Source: an uncultured Acidobacteriota bacterium
GTDB lineage: Bacteria > Acidobacteriota > JAQAZP01
Length of the DNA: 64,000 bases
Direction of reading: 5' to 3'
Assembly (NCBI GenBank): GCA_963836075.1
Contig: CAWIIB010000009.1
Coordinates: 64,001-128,000, forward strand
Shown here: piece by piece, positions 10,801-21,317 of the stretch
Layout: every line of letters begins with the position of its first letter
Position numbering within the stretch: the stretch's first letter is position 1
Made by a program: the position numbers and the translations under genes
The notes under the pieces: model-generated
Told to the model about the DNA's origin: nothing
What the model saw: only the letters and a program-made list of their open reading frames with translations
Databases searched by the model: none

Positions 10801-10974
10801 TCCTACGACAAGACCCTGGTGCTGTGGGACAGTATCACCGGCCAACACGCATTGACGCTTCACGGCCACGAGTATCCGGTGAACAGCGTTGACGTGTCCC
10901 CGGACGGCCGCGCCATAATTTCGGGCAGTGCGGACCGGACGGTGCGGATCTGGGACGCCGGCCCTGCGGAGTGA
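7812..10974 (+). CDS. Membrane Ser/Thr protein kinase with C-terminal WD40 repeats, +1 frameshift at ~8592
   Basis: GGMG, VALK, HRDLKPGN, DFG, YMSPEQ; continues as DVYALGVVLYELLTG in the next frame (extra G in gaagggtgac); TM helix, then about 14 GH...WD repeats. Confidence 0.9.
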
Positions 10975-11015
10975 ATCTGTCTCAGCGGATCCGGACCACA
11001 GCGACCAGAATCACC

Positions 11016-11198
11016 TTACGACGGAATGAGCCGCTTGACCACCACGATGAACGCACCGGTGAGCAAAAGGTTGAGGGCCAACGATAGCATGGCCACGGTG
11101 ATCATCGAACCACCGATGCCGTATGAGAGGGAGATGACCAGCACCCCCGCCCCCACCTTACCTCTGGGAAACATGGCGACCGCCACGGCCAGGGCCAC
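11016..11198 (-). pseudogene. Isolated C-terminal fragment resembling a cation:proton antiporter
   Basis: AMFPRGKVGAGVLVISLSYGIGG resembles the M.PRGEV motif near the end of CPA-family antiporters; no room for the N-terminal part. Confidence 0.5.
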
Positions 11199-11281
11199 TT
11201 CGGCCGGTGAACCGGTCAGCCCGGCCAGCGGGGGTGTGGCTTTCGCTGTGCCGTCAAGCCGGTCGGATTGCGGGATCCGAC

Positions 11282-12846
11282 TCAGGGGAGTTCACTGATC
11301 TCTTCACTGATTTCAAGCAGCTCGTTCGCCGGAACATCTTCCACGGTAGACACCCTGCCCGACGGCCAGTGCACGGTGACCCGGACGGCCGTGTCCGCAT
11401 CGCCCAGACCAACATGCTGGACCAGACTGTTCTGGCTGCGGAAGCTGTTCTGGGCGCTGACCTCGCGGATCTGGCTGGTCGAATGACCACTGATGGTCGC
11501 TTCCACGGTGATCCTGGCCCCGATGGCGGAGCGGTTGGAGACGCCTCCCTGGAGACGGATCTTCAACCAGTGGGCTGCTGAGGTCTCGTTCCGGTAGAGC
11601 CGGTTCTGCTCGCCGGGCCCTGGCTCGTTGGGCCAGCTACCGATGTAGAAATCCAGGTCGCCGTCATCGTGGTAGTCCGCCCAGGCCGCACAGCCGGCAA
11701 AGATGATCGGCCGCCAAGGTCACCCGCGGCGCAGCGGGTGAGCCAGCCCGTCCCGTCGTTGAGGTAGAGCACCGTCGCGGCGCCCCAGTTGACCACCGCC
11801 AGGTCGAGGTCGCCGTCGTTGTCCACGTCGGCCCAGCTCACCCCGTAAGTGTGCCCGGCGTCGAGAACGGCAGCGCCCTCCTCGAGCGGCGTGAACCCCT
11901 CCGCGCCGTCATTGCGATAGAGCAGGTTGGCCATTCCGTACATGGTGCCCACATAGAGGTCGAGGTCGCCGTCGTTGTCCATGTCGCCCCAGTCGGCGGC
12001 CAGGGCCGGCGCACCATCGTTGCTCAACGGGCTGTCCGCCACCAGGGTCAGCTGCCAGTCCCCACCGTTGCGGTAGAGCGCATTGTTGCCGGCCCGGTTG
12101 GCGACGAAGAGATCCTGGTCGCCGTCATTGTCACAGTCACCCCAGACGGCACTGCCTGACGCCCCGTCCGTGGTGACCGCGGCCCCCTCGGTGATCCTGC
12201 TGAAGCGCCCCTCCCCGTCATTGCGGTAGAGGAAGTCGGGGCCGCTGTGGCTCAGCCCCCCGTTGGCCACGAAGAGATCCAGCAGCCCGTCCTGGTCGAC
12301 GTCCACCCAGGCTGCGGAGTAGGAATGGCCCCCGTCCATGGCCGGTGCGCTGTCCGTGAGCCTGGTGAACGTTCCCCCGTCGTTGCGGTAGAGGAAATTC
12401 TGCTGGTCCTGCTGGTTGGGGACAAAGAAGTCGGGATCGCCGTCGTTGTCCATATCGCCCCAGGTGCTGCCCGAGGAATAGCCGTCATCATCCACCGGCG
12501 GCCCGCCGCTCACCGGCGAAAACGTTCCGCTGCCGTCGTTTCGGTATAGCCGGTTCTTCTGGGGCGCCGGTGTGGCGGCACTGACATCGTACCCGTTGGC
12601 GGCGAAAAGGTCATCATCACCATCCCCGTCAAAATCGACCCAGCTGACACCGCCGGTGCTGGCTCTCCCTTCCACCAGGGGGCCCTCGGTCACCAGCTGA
12701 AAGTGAACGCCCGGTGGATGCACGGCCCGCTCCGCAACCTGCGCCTCGCCCCGGTTGAGTCCCTGGTCGGCGCAGTGAAAGGAGGACAGGGCCGAGGCAA
12801 GCACTATCAGGACAGGCAGTGGTATGGATGGCAGTCCACTCTTCAT
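11282..12846 (-). CDS. CRTAC1-family protein (FG-GAP/VCBS repeats plus ASPIC/UnbV domain), frameshifted near 11700
   Basis: Repeated WGD.DNDGD.DL.V.N..N.LYRN; C-terminal SNRSAIGARI...HVGLG...V.WPSG lies in a second frame. Confidence 0.88.
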
Positions 12847-12884
12847 TCCGCGGCCTCCTCAGATGATTTTGTCAGTTTTCCGAA

Positions 12885-14615
12885 TCAGCTCCAGTCCGAC
12901 TCCGCGGGCAGCAGATTATCCACGGGCACGACGGTGGTGGTGAACGACATCACCGAGTCCACATCGTCCCGGACACCGATGGCCAGTTGCTCAACGCCCG
13001 GCGGCAGGGCGAGGTTGACCCGGTATCTGAACTCCCGGCCCATTGCCTGCTCAACAAATTCCTCGGGGATGCGGATCGGGGAGGGGCGGGTGTTTCCACC
13101 ACCGCCGAACTCACTCCACGGCCGGTCCGTGCGGCGAGCCAGAACCGCAAATGCCCCTCCTGGACCCCGTCGCGGGGGATGAACAGCAATCGGTCCAGCG
13201 GCACCCGCACTTCAACGGAAACCAGCACGTCTCCCCCGGACCGGCGGCGGGCCTCCCCCAGCTGAACCTCGATCTGGAGCGGGTTGTCCGCCACTCCGGC
13301 GGACAGGGCCGCCCGGAGGCCATCGGCCATGCTGTTGTCCTCGGTGACCGGCCGAAAGACCTTGCGGTGCCGCGCCCGGAGGCCGCGCCCTCGTACCGCC
13401 ACCTCGAGCTGTGCCGGATCGGGGCCTTCACCAGGCCGCGGCTTGAACCCGAGCGAGTAATAGCTGCTCGCATCGGTGACAATGGCCGACAGAATACCCT
13501 GGGACCCGTCCATCTTTCCCGACGAGCTGCCGCCGGATTCCCCGGCCAGAAGCCTGAGCGAGGAATTCCGGTCGCGGTCCGAGCCATCGGTGAGCGCCGA
13601 ATAGTATGCGTTCGCTCCCGTCTGGGCACTGATCCCGCCCCCGCCCCTCGGCCCGCCGGCATCAAACGTATAGAAAGCCACCCTGGCGCTGCCGGCCAGG
13701 TCAGCCAGCCGTTTGAACCGGGATGACACATCATAGTTCTGACTTTCCATGGCCATTGTCCGTGTCGATGCCGAGCGGAAGCTGCCGGATTTCTGGAATT
13801 TGTCCTCCAGCGCGGCGTACAGCTCTTCAGCGGTGTTCAGCGGCAGGCCGTTACTGATGTAAAGCAGTGACTTGCGGCCCGGGACACCGGCAAGAACACC
13901 GATGAGCTGTTCCAGCGAACCGAGGGTCAGGTCGAGCTCGTTGCCCAGCGACTCGGCATGAACCCGGATACGGCCCACCACGGCTTCCGCACTGCTCGAT
14001 TCGGCGATTTCCCGCAACAGCTCGCGGCGCTCACCCTCCCGATCGGGGAATAAGCTGCTGCCGAACGTTATGGCTGACAGCGCTGCGGCGAGCTGCTTGC
14101 GGTCGGAAGTGAAAGGCTGACGAATGAGCAGCTCCGGCCCGGATTCAACCACCATAACCCCGTCACCGGCAGAAATACTGGAGTCGAGGAAATTCGAAAG
14201 GGACGGCAGCAGACGCTGGCCGGCCAGTGGATCGAGGTTCCGGTGGTCAAGATAGATCACCAGTTGGAGCGGTTCCCGGACCGCCGCAGAATCAGGGGCC
14301 CGGGTGCCGGCGGGTGACGGCGAAGCACCACCGCTATCGCCGCCCGCCCCTACCCCGTCTCCGGGGAAATCAACGGTGTGGAAGTGTGAGACGGGAACCG
14401 GTTCCCCATTGATCTTCAGGGTGAAATCATCCGCCGCTAGATCGCGAACCGGACGGCCCCTGGAATCACTGACAAAAACCTCCAGCTCCATCAGCCTGAC
14501 TTCGATGGTCTCGGCGAAGGCGGCTGACAGAGAGTCCTCGGAATCATCTGGGAAAAGCGGCCGCCATCCCGAACAAGGTAAAGAGCACGAGGGTGAGCGA
14601 TGTGAATGGCTTCAT
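12885..14615 (-). CDS. VWA-domain protein of the Acidobacterial type (TIGR03436-like), frameshifts near 13080 and 14550
   Basis: FAETIEVRLMELEVFVSDSRGRPVRDL..DF, QPFTSD, PGRKSLLYISNG, LAGESGG, YYSLGF; signal peptide MKPFTSLTLVLF at 14615 is in another frame. Confidence 0.8.
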
Positions 14616-14807
14616 GAACCTTCCCTTAAAAATCCCTGCTACAGTAATTAAAGTAGTCAACATGAGGGTTGTCAACGAATCCACTGTCCAACCGTGGAAA
14701 ATGACACCGCCGCGCCCCGGGATGCCCCACGTAGTTATCCTTCGCTAACTATCAGTCCTGCACGGCCACCTGCAGTCCCCTTGCGCACAAATTATCTTCA
14801 ATTATAT

Positions 14808-14821
14808 TTAGCTTAAGCTAA
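14808..14821. promoter_or_regulatory. Perfect 14 bp palindrome TTAGCTTAAGCTAA, candidate DtxR/IdeR/MntR-family metal-responsive operator
   Basis: TTAG-N6-CTAA core in the AT-rich divergent intergenic region ~240 bp upstream of the fez-like cluster. Confidence 0.55.
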
Positions 14822-15059
14822 CATCGATGCTGCCACAAGACAAATCTATCCTATATCATTACATTAATGCATCTTACGTCTCACTGCTTCGGTGAGACGT
14901 GCGGCTCGATGGCCCTCTCCCCCGCCATTTTTCCCCGATGGGCACAACCTGATTGCTTGACCCGGAGGGACATGCCCCCATAAACTCTTATTTTCAAGGA
15001 AATCATACGACCTTTGAGACGTGGACGGGTGGGATAAAACCGCCCGGGGGGCCTTGACC

Positions 15060-15608
15060 ATGCACATCATCACTGGGCTGCTCCTGGCCGCGCTGGCCGG
15101 GCGCAAAAAGAAACCCGGGGCCGGCGGAGCATCCATGCTAAAGAGCGGTCCGGTGCGCACCGAGCACTCGCTCCCGGGACGCCTGCGCCTCCGTGTGCCT
15201 TCCCTGGCCGGTCAGCGGGAAACCTGCGAAAACCTGGTCTCCAGATTTTCGCGGCTCCGCGGCATCAAATCTGTTGCGGTCAGCCCGGTAACCGGCTCGG
15301 TGCTGATTCACCATGACCAGGAGGCGGTGCGGCCGGAAGTGCTCTTCGGTGCCGTGGTCAAGCTGCTGGGACTGGAGGAGGAGCTGGAGCGGGTGCCCAC
15401 ACCGGTGCTCACCCGAGAACTGGGCCTCCTCGGCCGCAGTCTGGACCGCGCGGTCTACGAGAAGTCGGGCGGGCTGGTCAACGGCTGGAGCCTGCTGCTG
15501 TTGGGCGTGGCCGCCCTGGGCATCCGCCGGGCACTCAACGACAATACCCGGATGTGGCCGGCCGGCCTGACCATGGTCTGGTGGGCGGTCAACGGGCTGA
15601 GGCGTTAA
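15060..15608 (+). CDS. HMA2-like domain membrane protein (FezC-like ferrosome accessory)
   Basis: [11 protein letters not shown] motif, SPVTGSVLI, C-terminal TM segments ending in PAGLTMVWWA. Confidence 0.7.
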   Translation: MHIITGLLLAALAGRKKKPGAGGASMLKSGPVRTEHSLPGRLRLRVPSLAGQRETCENLVSRFSRLRGIKSVAVSPVTGSVLIHHDQEAVRPEVLFGAVVKLLGLEEELERVPTPVLTRELGLLGRSLDRAVYEKSGGLVNGWSLLLLGVAALGIRRALNDNTRMWPAGLTMVWWAVNGLRR

Positions 15609-15629
15609 CCCGGTTGCCTGGAGGAGCTG

Positions 15630-16052
15630 ATGGACTGGGCAAGGGTCTGTGCGCAGGTGGCCAGCCGGCCGCGGGTGATCCACCGGCTGCCGGGACGGCT
15701 GAGAATCCGCATCCCGCTCCTCCGGCGGCTGGAGAGGGAGCACCAGGGCCTGGCCGACGCCATCGGCACGCTGCTGGCCGCCCCCGAGGGCATCCGGCAG
15801 GTCACGGTGAGTCTCGACTCGGGCAACGCCCTGCTGCTCTTCGACCCGCAGCAGCTGACCGAAAAAGAGATTCTCGACTACCTTCGCGGTGTGCTGGAGA
15901 TCTTTCTCCGCCACCGTGAGCGATTCGCCGAACTGCCCGCGGAGCGGCTGCCCGTGGTGGTCAGCCGCCTGGAACCGGTATTGTGCAACGCGGTGCAGCG
16001 GAAACTGAGCCTGCGCACCGATATCGAGATTGGCGACGATGTTCTGGCGTAA
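15630..16052 (+). CDS. Soluble HMA2-like domain protein in the fez-like cluster
   Basis: HRLPGRLRIRIP motif, GIRQVTVSLDSGNALLLFDP. Confidence 0.7.
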   Translation: MDWARVCAQVASRPRVIHRLPGRLRIRIPLLRRLEREHQGLADAIGTLLAAPEGIRQVTVSLDSGNALLLFDPQQLTEKEILDYLRGVLEIFLRHRERFAELPAERLPVVVSRLEPVLCNAVQRKLSLRTDIEIGDDVLA

Positions 16053-18256
16053 ACACAAACCGCTGATGCACTGCGAGGTCCTGCACAGCCTCCCGGGACG
16101 GCTGCGTGTCGGCTGCCGGGCATTGCGCTTCCTCGAGGCCCACGGCGGGGAGGTCCTGCACCGCCTTGAGGAAATGGCCCCGGTGACCACGGCGCGGGTG
16201 AGCATTATCACCGCCAACGTGCTGGTGACCTACGAACACGGGGTCTACAGCGAAATGGAGATCCTCGAGCTGGTGGAATCGGCCATTGGCGCCTTTGCCC
16301 TCACCGCCTACAAGGCCGAGCGGGCTGAGAACAGCCGGCTCACGGTGAACGAGCGCCGCCTGCAGGAGGAACCGATCTCCGAGATGGTCACCCGGGTGGC
16401 GGTCACCACGGTGTCACTGCTCTTTGCCTGGCTGCGCCCCGGCGCGGCGGCCCCCCCGCCGGCCTGCTGCGCCGTTTCATGACCATGCCGGCCCTGACCA
16501 GCCTCTCCCTCGCCGCGCCGATCTTCCGCAGCGGCTGGGACTCGCTGCAGACCCGGATGCGGCCCAACGCCGACACCCTCAGCGCCACCGCCATCCTGGC
16601 CAGCATCATCTGCCGGCCGGGACATCGTCGGCGCTGACCATCATCTGGCTGGCCGACATCGCCGAGCTGCTGACCGCCTACACCATGGAGCGCACGCGAC
16701 AGGCCATCCGCGAGATGCTGTCGGTGGGCGAGGAAGTGGTCTGGCGCCTGCGGGAGGACGGCAGCGAAGAGCGGGTGGCCCTGGAAGACCTGCAGGTCGG
16801 CGACCGGATCATGGTCCACACCGGGCGAAAAGATCAGCGTGGACGGCGTCGGTGGAATCGGGCGAAGCGGCGGTGGACCAGGCCTCGATCACCGGCGAGT
16901 TCATGCCGCATGCGCAAGAGCCGAGGGCGACGAGGTCTTCGCCGGCACGGTGGTCAAGAGCGGCCGGCTGGTGGTCCGGGCGGAGAAGGTCGGCGACGAG
17001 ACGGCCGTGGCCCGCATCGTCCACCTGGTCGAGGAGGCGACGCACCGCAAGGCCTCGATCCAGACCATCGCCGACAGGGTCTCGGCCCAGTTCATCCCGA
17101 TCAACTTCCTCCTCGCCGTGATGGTCTATGCCATCACGCGCAACACCAGCCGCGCCCTGAACATGCTGATCATCGACTACTCGTGCGGCGTGCGGCTCTC
17201 CACGGCCACGGCGCTGTCGGCGGCGATCTGCACGGCGGCCCGCAACGGCATCCTGATCAAGGGCGGCAACTACCTCGAGCTGCTCTCCGAGGCCGACACG
17301 CTGATCCTCGACAAGACCGGCACGATGACCGAAGGGCGGCCCCAGGTGACGAGCATCGTCCCGCCAGAGCGACAGCGTCACCGCCCGGGAGGTGATCCGG
17401 CTGGCCGCCGCGGCCGAGGAAACCAGCACCCACCCGATGGCCGTGGCCGTGCTGGACAAGGTCCAGGCGCAAGGGCTGGTCCATCCCCGCGCACAGCGAC
17501 AGCGAGGTCTTCGCCGCCCGGGGTGTCGAGACCACGGTGGGCCGCTCGGTGATCCGGGTGGGCAGCCGGCGCTTCATGGAGGAGAACGGTATCGACGCTG
17601 GGCCCGCGGTGGAGGCCGTCGCACCGCCTGGCGCGCCAAGGGCGAGAGCATCGTCTACGTGGCCAGGGGCGAAGAAGCTGCTCGGCGTGCTGGGCATCCA
17701 GGACGCCCTGCGCGAGAACATGAAGAAGGCGCTGAACCGGCTGCGCCAGATCGGCATGGACGACATCATCCTGCTCACCGGCGACGTGGAGCAGCACGCG
17801 GAGATCGTGGCCACCCGCATGGCCATGGACCGCTACCAGGCCGAGGTGATGCCGGACGACAAGGCCGAGACCGTGCTCAAGCTGCAGTCGCAAGGGGACG
17901 CACGTGGTGATGGTCGGCGACGGGATCAACGACGCGCCGGCCCTGGCCTACGCCGACGTGGGGATCGCCATGGGCGGCACGCGCACCGACATCGCCATGG
18001 AGGCGGCCGACATCACCATCACCGGCGACGACCCGCTGATGATCCCGGCGGTGATCCGCATGGCGCAACAAGACGATGCGACATCGTCCGGCAGAACTTC
18101 GCCACGGCCATCGGCGTCAACACGCTGGGGATCGTCCTGTCGGCGGTGGGCGTGCTGCCGGTGTTCTGGGGCGCGGTGCTGCACAACACCTGCACGGTGG
18201 CCGTGGTGCTCAATTCCTCGCGGCTGCTGTTCCACGACGTGGAGAGGGAGCGATGA
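16039..18256 (+). CDS. fezB: P1B-6 heavy-metal P-type ATPase (FezB-like), broken by many indels
   Basis: N-terminal [13 protein letters not shown] actuator, [12 protein letters not shown] (P1B-6-type M4), DKTGT phosphorylation site, [14 protein letters not shown] and LHNTCT, spread over several frames. Confidence 0.8.
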
Positions 18257-19098
18257 GCAACACTGACCGGCCGGTGGTCACCATCGTCCACGCCATCCCG
18301 GGCCGCGTGCGGGTGCGGTTGTCCGGCCCGCCCGAGGACGCGGAGCGGCTGGTGGCCGCCGTGCGCGAGCACGACGGGATGCCGTTCATCCGCTACACCC
18401 CGGCCACACGGTCGGTGCTGGTGCGCCATGACCCGCGGGAGATCGTCCGCGAGGAGGTGGTGCTGCGCATCGCCACCGCCTGGGCCATCGACCAGGGGGG
18501 CGTGCCGGTGCGGGTGCTGGCCCAGCCGGAGCGCGGCGACTTTTCCAACCTGGCGGTGCTCTCCGCCGGACTGATCGGTGCCGCCCTGCTGATGCGTCTG
18601 GGGCGCGGCGCCGGCGCCGCCCCGCTGCTGGAGCGCGCCGCCGGGACCTGCACCGCTGCGGCGGTGGCCGAGCACGCCTGGCGGGACGTACGGGAGGAAG
18701 GCTACATCCACCCCGAGGTGCTATCCATCGGCTACCTGGTCAGCGCCTTTTTCCGGGGCAACTTTCTCAAGGCCTCGGTGATCACCTGGTTCACCACCTT
18801 CGGCCGGCACCTGCTGGACGCCCCCCGCCGGGGGGTGATGGTAACCCCGGTGCCGCTGAGGGACGGCGAGAGCAGTGAACCGCGATACGAGATCCGCGTG
18901 GGTCCGGACATGGATCTCCCGGAGCGGGAACGGATCGTCGGATCGATCCAGGCCCTGCTCAAGTTCGCCATCACCGGCGGCGCGGCCCACGGAGAACGGA
19001 ACCTGGTGGACGAACTGCGGGACGTCTCCCGCATTCATGGTGAGGTTGTGGAAGGTCTGGGGCGCGGCCGGCACGGCATGCCCCTCAAGTTTCAATAG
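18253..19098 (+). CDS. HMA2-like domain membrane protein in the fez-like cluster
   Basis: ATG overlaps the ATPase stop (ATGA); [11 protein letters not shown] motif, [10 protein letters not shown], hydrophobic segments. Confidence 0.7.
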   Translation: MSNTDRPVVTIVHAIPGRVRVRLSGPPEDAERLVAAVREHDGMPFIRYTPATRSVLVRHDPREIVREEVVLRIATAWAIDQGGVPVRVLAQPERGDFSNLAVLSAGLIGAALLMRLGRGAGAAPLLERAAGTCTAAAVAEHAWRDVREEGYIHPEVLSIGYLVSAFFRGNFLKASVITWFTTFGRHLLDAPRRGVMVTPVPLRDGESSEPRYEIRVGPDMDLPERERIVGSIQALLKFAITGGAAHGERNLVDELRDVSRIHGEVVEGLGRGRHGMPLKFQ

Positions 19099-19133
19099 AC
19101 CGGGCAAGACCGCCCGGTCAAGGAGGACCGAAG

Positions 19134-19409
19134 ATGGCGATCAACTCCAATCACGTAACCGGCTTTGTGGTGGGCCTGGGCATCGCTGCCGCAGGCTTCT
19201 ATGCCTACAAGAAAAACCAGACCGCGGTGGACGACTGGCTCCGCCGTCAGGGCGTGCAGGTCCCGGCTGCCGGGGTCAAGGACGTCACGGCCATGTCGCT
19301 GGAAGAACTGGTGACCGAAAAGGAGCACCTCGAGGACGTTATCGCTGAACGCGAGATGGCCCCCGGCGGGGACGAGCCGGCGGCAAAGGAAGAGAGTGCA
19401 AAAGGATAG
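19134..19409 (+). CDS. Small GxxxG membrane protein (FezA-like)
   Basis: GFVVGLGIAAAG TM helix followed by acidic coiled coil SLEELVTEKEHLEDVIAERE; RBS aggagg. Confidence 0.7.
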   Translation: MAINSNHVTGFVVGLGIAAAGFYAYKKNQTAVDDWLRRQGVQVPAAGVKDVTAMSLEELVTEKEHLEDVIAEREMAPGGDEPAAKEESAKG

Positions 19410-19423
19410 AGCCGGGCTTCAAA

Positions 19424-20119
19424 CTACCCTTCCAGCGCCCACTCCACGGCGGCCCGGGCGTGGAGCAGCGTGGTGTCAAAGAGCGGAAGCTCCACTTCTC
19501 CCTGTTGCACCAGCAGGGGGATTTCGGTGCAGCCGAGGATAATTCCTTCCGCCCCGTCGTGCTGCAGATTTCCGATGATCTCCCAGTAGCTCTTTTTCGA
19601 TTGGGGATTGATCACCCCGACGGTCAGTTCCTCCATGATCACCCGGTGGATCAGCGCCACCTCTTCATCGGTGGGGATCAGGGTCTCGATACCGTGGTTT
19701 TCCAGCAGGCGTTTCCTGTAGAAATCCTGGGTCATGGTGAAGCGGGTGCCCAGCAGGCCGATGGTGGTGCATCCCCCGGCCTTGATCGCCTCCGCCGTGA
19801 CATCGATGATGTTTAGGATCGGGATCTCGATGGCTGATGCGATCCGATCCGCCATCCTGTGCATGGTGTTGGTGCAGATCACCAGGAAATCCGCCCCGCC
19901 CCGCTGCAGATGAAGCGAGCCCTCGATCAGCCGGGCCAGCACCAGGTCCCAGCGTTCGATCTCCATCTCCGGCTGAATCTCGCCAAAATCCACGGAGAAC
20001 ATCAGCGACTGTGCCGAGTGGATTCCGCCCAGCCTCTCTCTCACCCCTTCATTGATCAGCCGGTAGTACTCCACCGAGGATTCGCAGGTCATGCCGCCCA
20101 GCAAGCCGATTGTCTTCAC
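19424..20119 (-). CDS. Aspartate/glutamate racemase family protein (YgeA/RacX-like)
   Basis: MKTIGLLGGM, ICTNTMH, GLLGTRFTM, ILGCTEI (two catalytic Cys). Confidence 0.93.
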   Translation of the reverse strand: MKTIGLLGGMTCESSVEYYRLINEGVRERLGGIHSAQSLMFSVDFGEIQPEMEIERWDLVLARLIEGSLHLQRGGADFLVICTNTMHRMADRIASAIEIPILNIIDVTAEAIKAGGCTTIGLLGTRFTMTQDFYRKRLLENHGIETLIPTDEEVALIHRVIMEELTVGVINPQSKKSYWEIIGNLQHDGAEGIILGCTEIPLLVQQGEVELPLFDTTLLHARAAVEWALEG

Positions 20120-20375
20120 CCCGCACCTCCAGTGGAAGCTGTTGTTGATCGGTTCCCGTTTCCGGGAGTGAGAACAGGATAGGGAGAAGTGCCGGCTCCG
20201 TCAAACCGCGGCCGGCCCAGAGGCAACGGCGATTGAACGCACCGGCTGCTTGCACTATCATGCCGGCACGGCAACCGGCAATTCGCGCCATCGTTCAGGC
20301 CCGCCACGGCTCACCAGCGGACAGGGCCGGCCCGGCGTTTTGCATAACCCGCTCCGTAATCCGCGGTAAGAATGA

Positions 20376-21317
20376 ATGGAGCCGGCAATGGATACCGTCC
20401 TGACCATCAGCAGCGCTAAAAAGAGTTTCGGGGAAACCCGGGCCCTGGACGGCGCCGGTTTCGAGCTGCGGCGCGGCGAGTGCCTGGCGCTGCTCGGGCC
20501 CAACGGCGCGGGCAAGACCACCCTGGCCCGGGCGATCACCGGGCGAGTCTGCCTCGACGCCGGTGAGCTGGCCCTGCTCGGCGTCCCGCTGGACGGGTCA
20601 ACCGGGGCGGCCGCGGCCCGGCAGAGGCTGGGCGTGGTGCCCCAGGAGATCGCCCTCTACCCGGCGCTCACCGCGAAGGAGAACCTCCGCTCCTGGGGCG
20701 TTTTCCACGGCGTGGCCGCCGCCGACCTCGGTGAGCGGGTCCGCTGGGCCCTGGACTGGACCGGCCTGGGCGGCCGCTCGGGCGAGCCGGTGAAGGGGTT
20801 TTCCGGCGGCATGAAACGGCGGCTGAACATCGCCTGCGGCGTGCTGCACCGTCCCGAGGTGGTGGTGCTGGACGAACCGACGGTGGGTGTCGACCCCCAA
20901 AGCCGGACCCGCATCTGGGAGATGCTGGGCGAACTGGTGGGCGGCGGCGCTTCGCTGCTGCTGACCACCCACCAGCTGGACGAGGCGCAGCAGGTCTGCG
21001 ACCGCATCGTGATCATCGACGAGGGCCGCGTCGTCGCCGCCGGCACTTTCGACGCGCTGGTGCACCAGACCATCGGTTCGGGACGCCGGGTATTCCTCGA
21101 CTTCGAAGGCCGGATTCCCCAGGCCCTCCGCGGCGGGCGGTTCGAGCCGGCCGGAGAAGACGGGATCAGCTGCCAGGTGGACGACGTGGCCGGTGAACTG
21201 GCCGGCGTCCTCGCCGAGGTGGCGGCGGCCGGGGGACGGGTGACCGATGTACGGATCGAGGCGCCATCGCTGCAGGCCGTGTTCATCCACCTCACCGGAA
21301 GGGAGCTCAGGGAATGA
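20376..21317 (+). CDS. ABC-2 type exporter ATP-binding protein
   Basis: [34 protein letters not shown]-terminal [17 protein letters not shown]. Confidence 0.93.
   Translation: MEPAMDTVLTISSAKKSFGETRALDGAGFELRRGECLALLGPNGAGKTTLARAITGRVCLDAGELALLGVPLDGSTGAAAARQRLGVVPQEIALYPALTAKENLRSWGVFHGVAAADLGERVRWALDWTGLGGRSGEPVKGFSGGMKRRLNIACGVLHRPEVVVLDEPTVGVDPQSRTRIWEMLGELVGGGASLLLTTHQLDEAQQVCDRIVIIDEGRVVAAGTFDALVHQTIGSGRRVFLDFEGRIPQALRGGRFEPAGEDGISCQVDDVAGELAGVLAEVAAAGGRVTDVRIEAPSLQAVFIHLTGRELRE

Noticed and set aside
9200-10974. WD40 kinase as an anti-phage NLR-like system
   Set aside because: No NACHT/STAND, TIR or nuclease domain; the layout fits ordinary ECF-kinase signalling.
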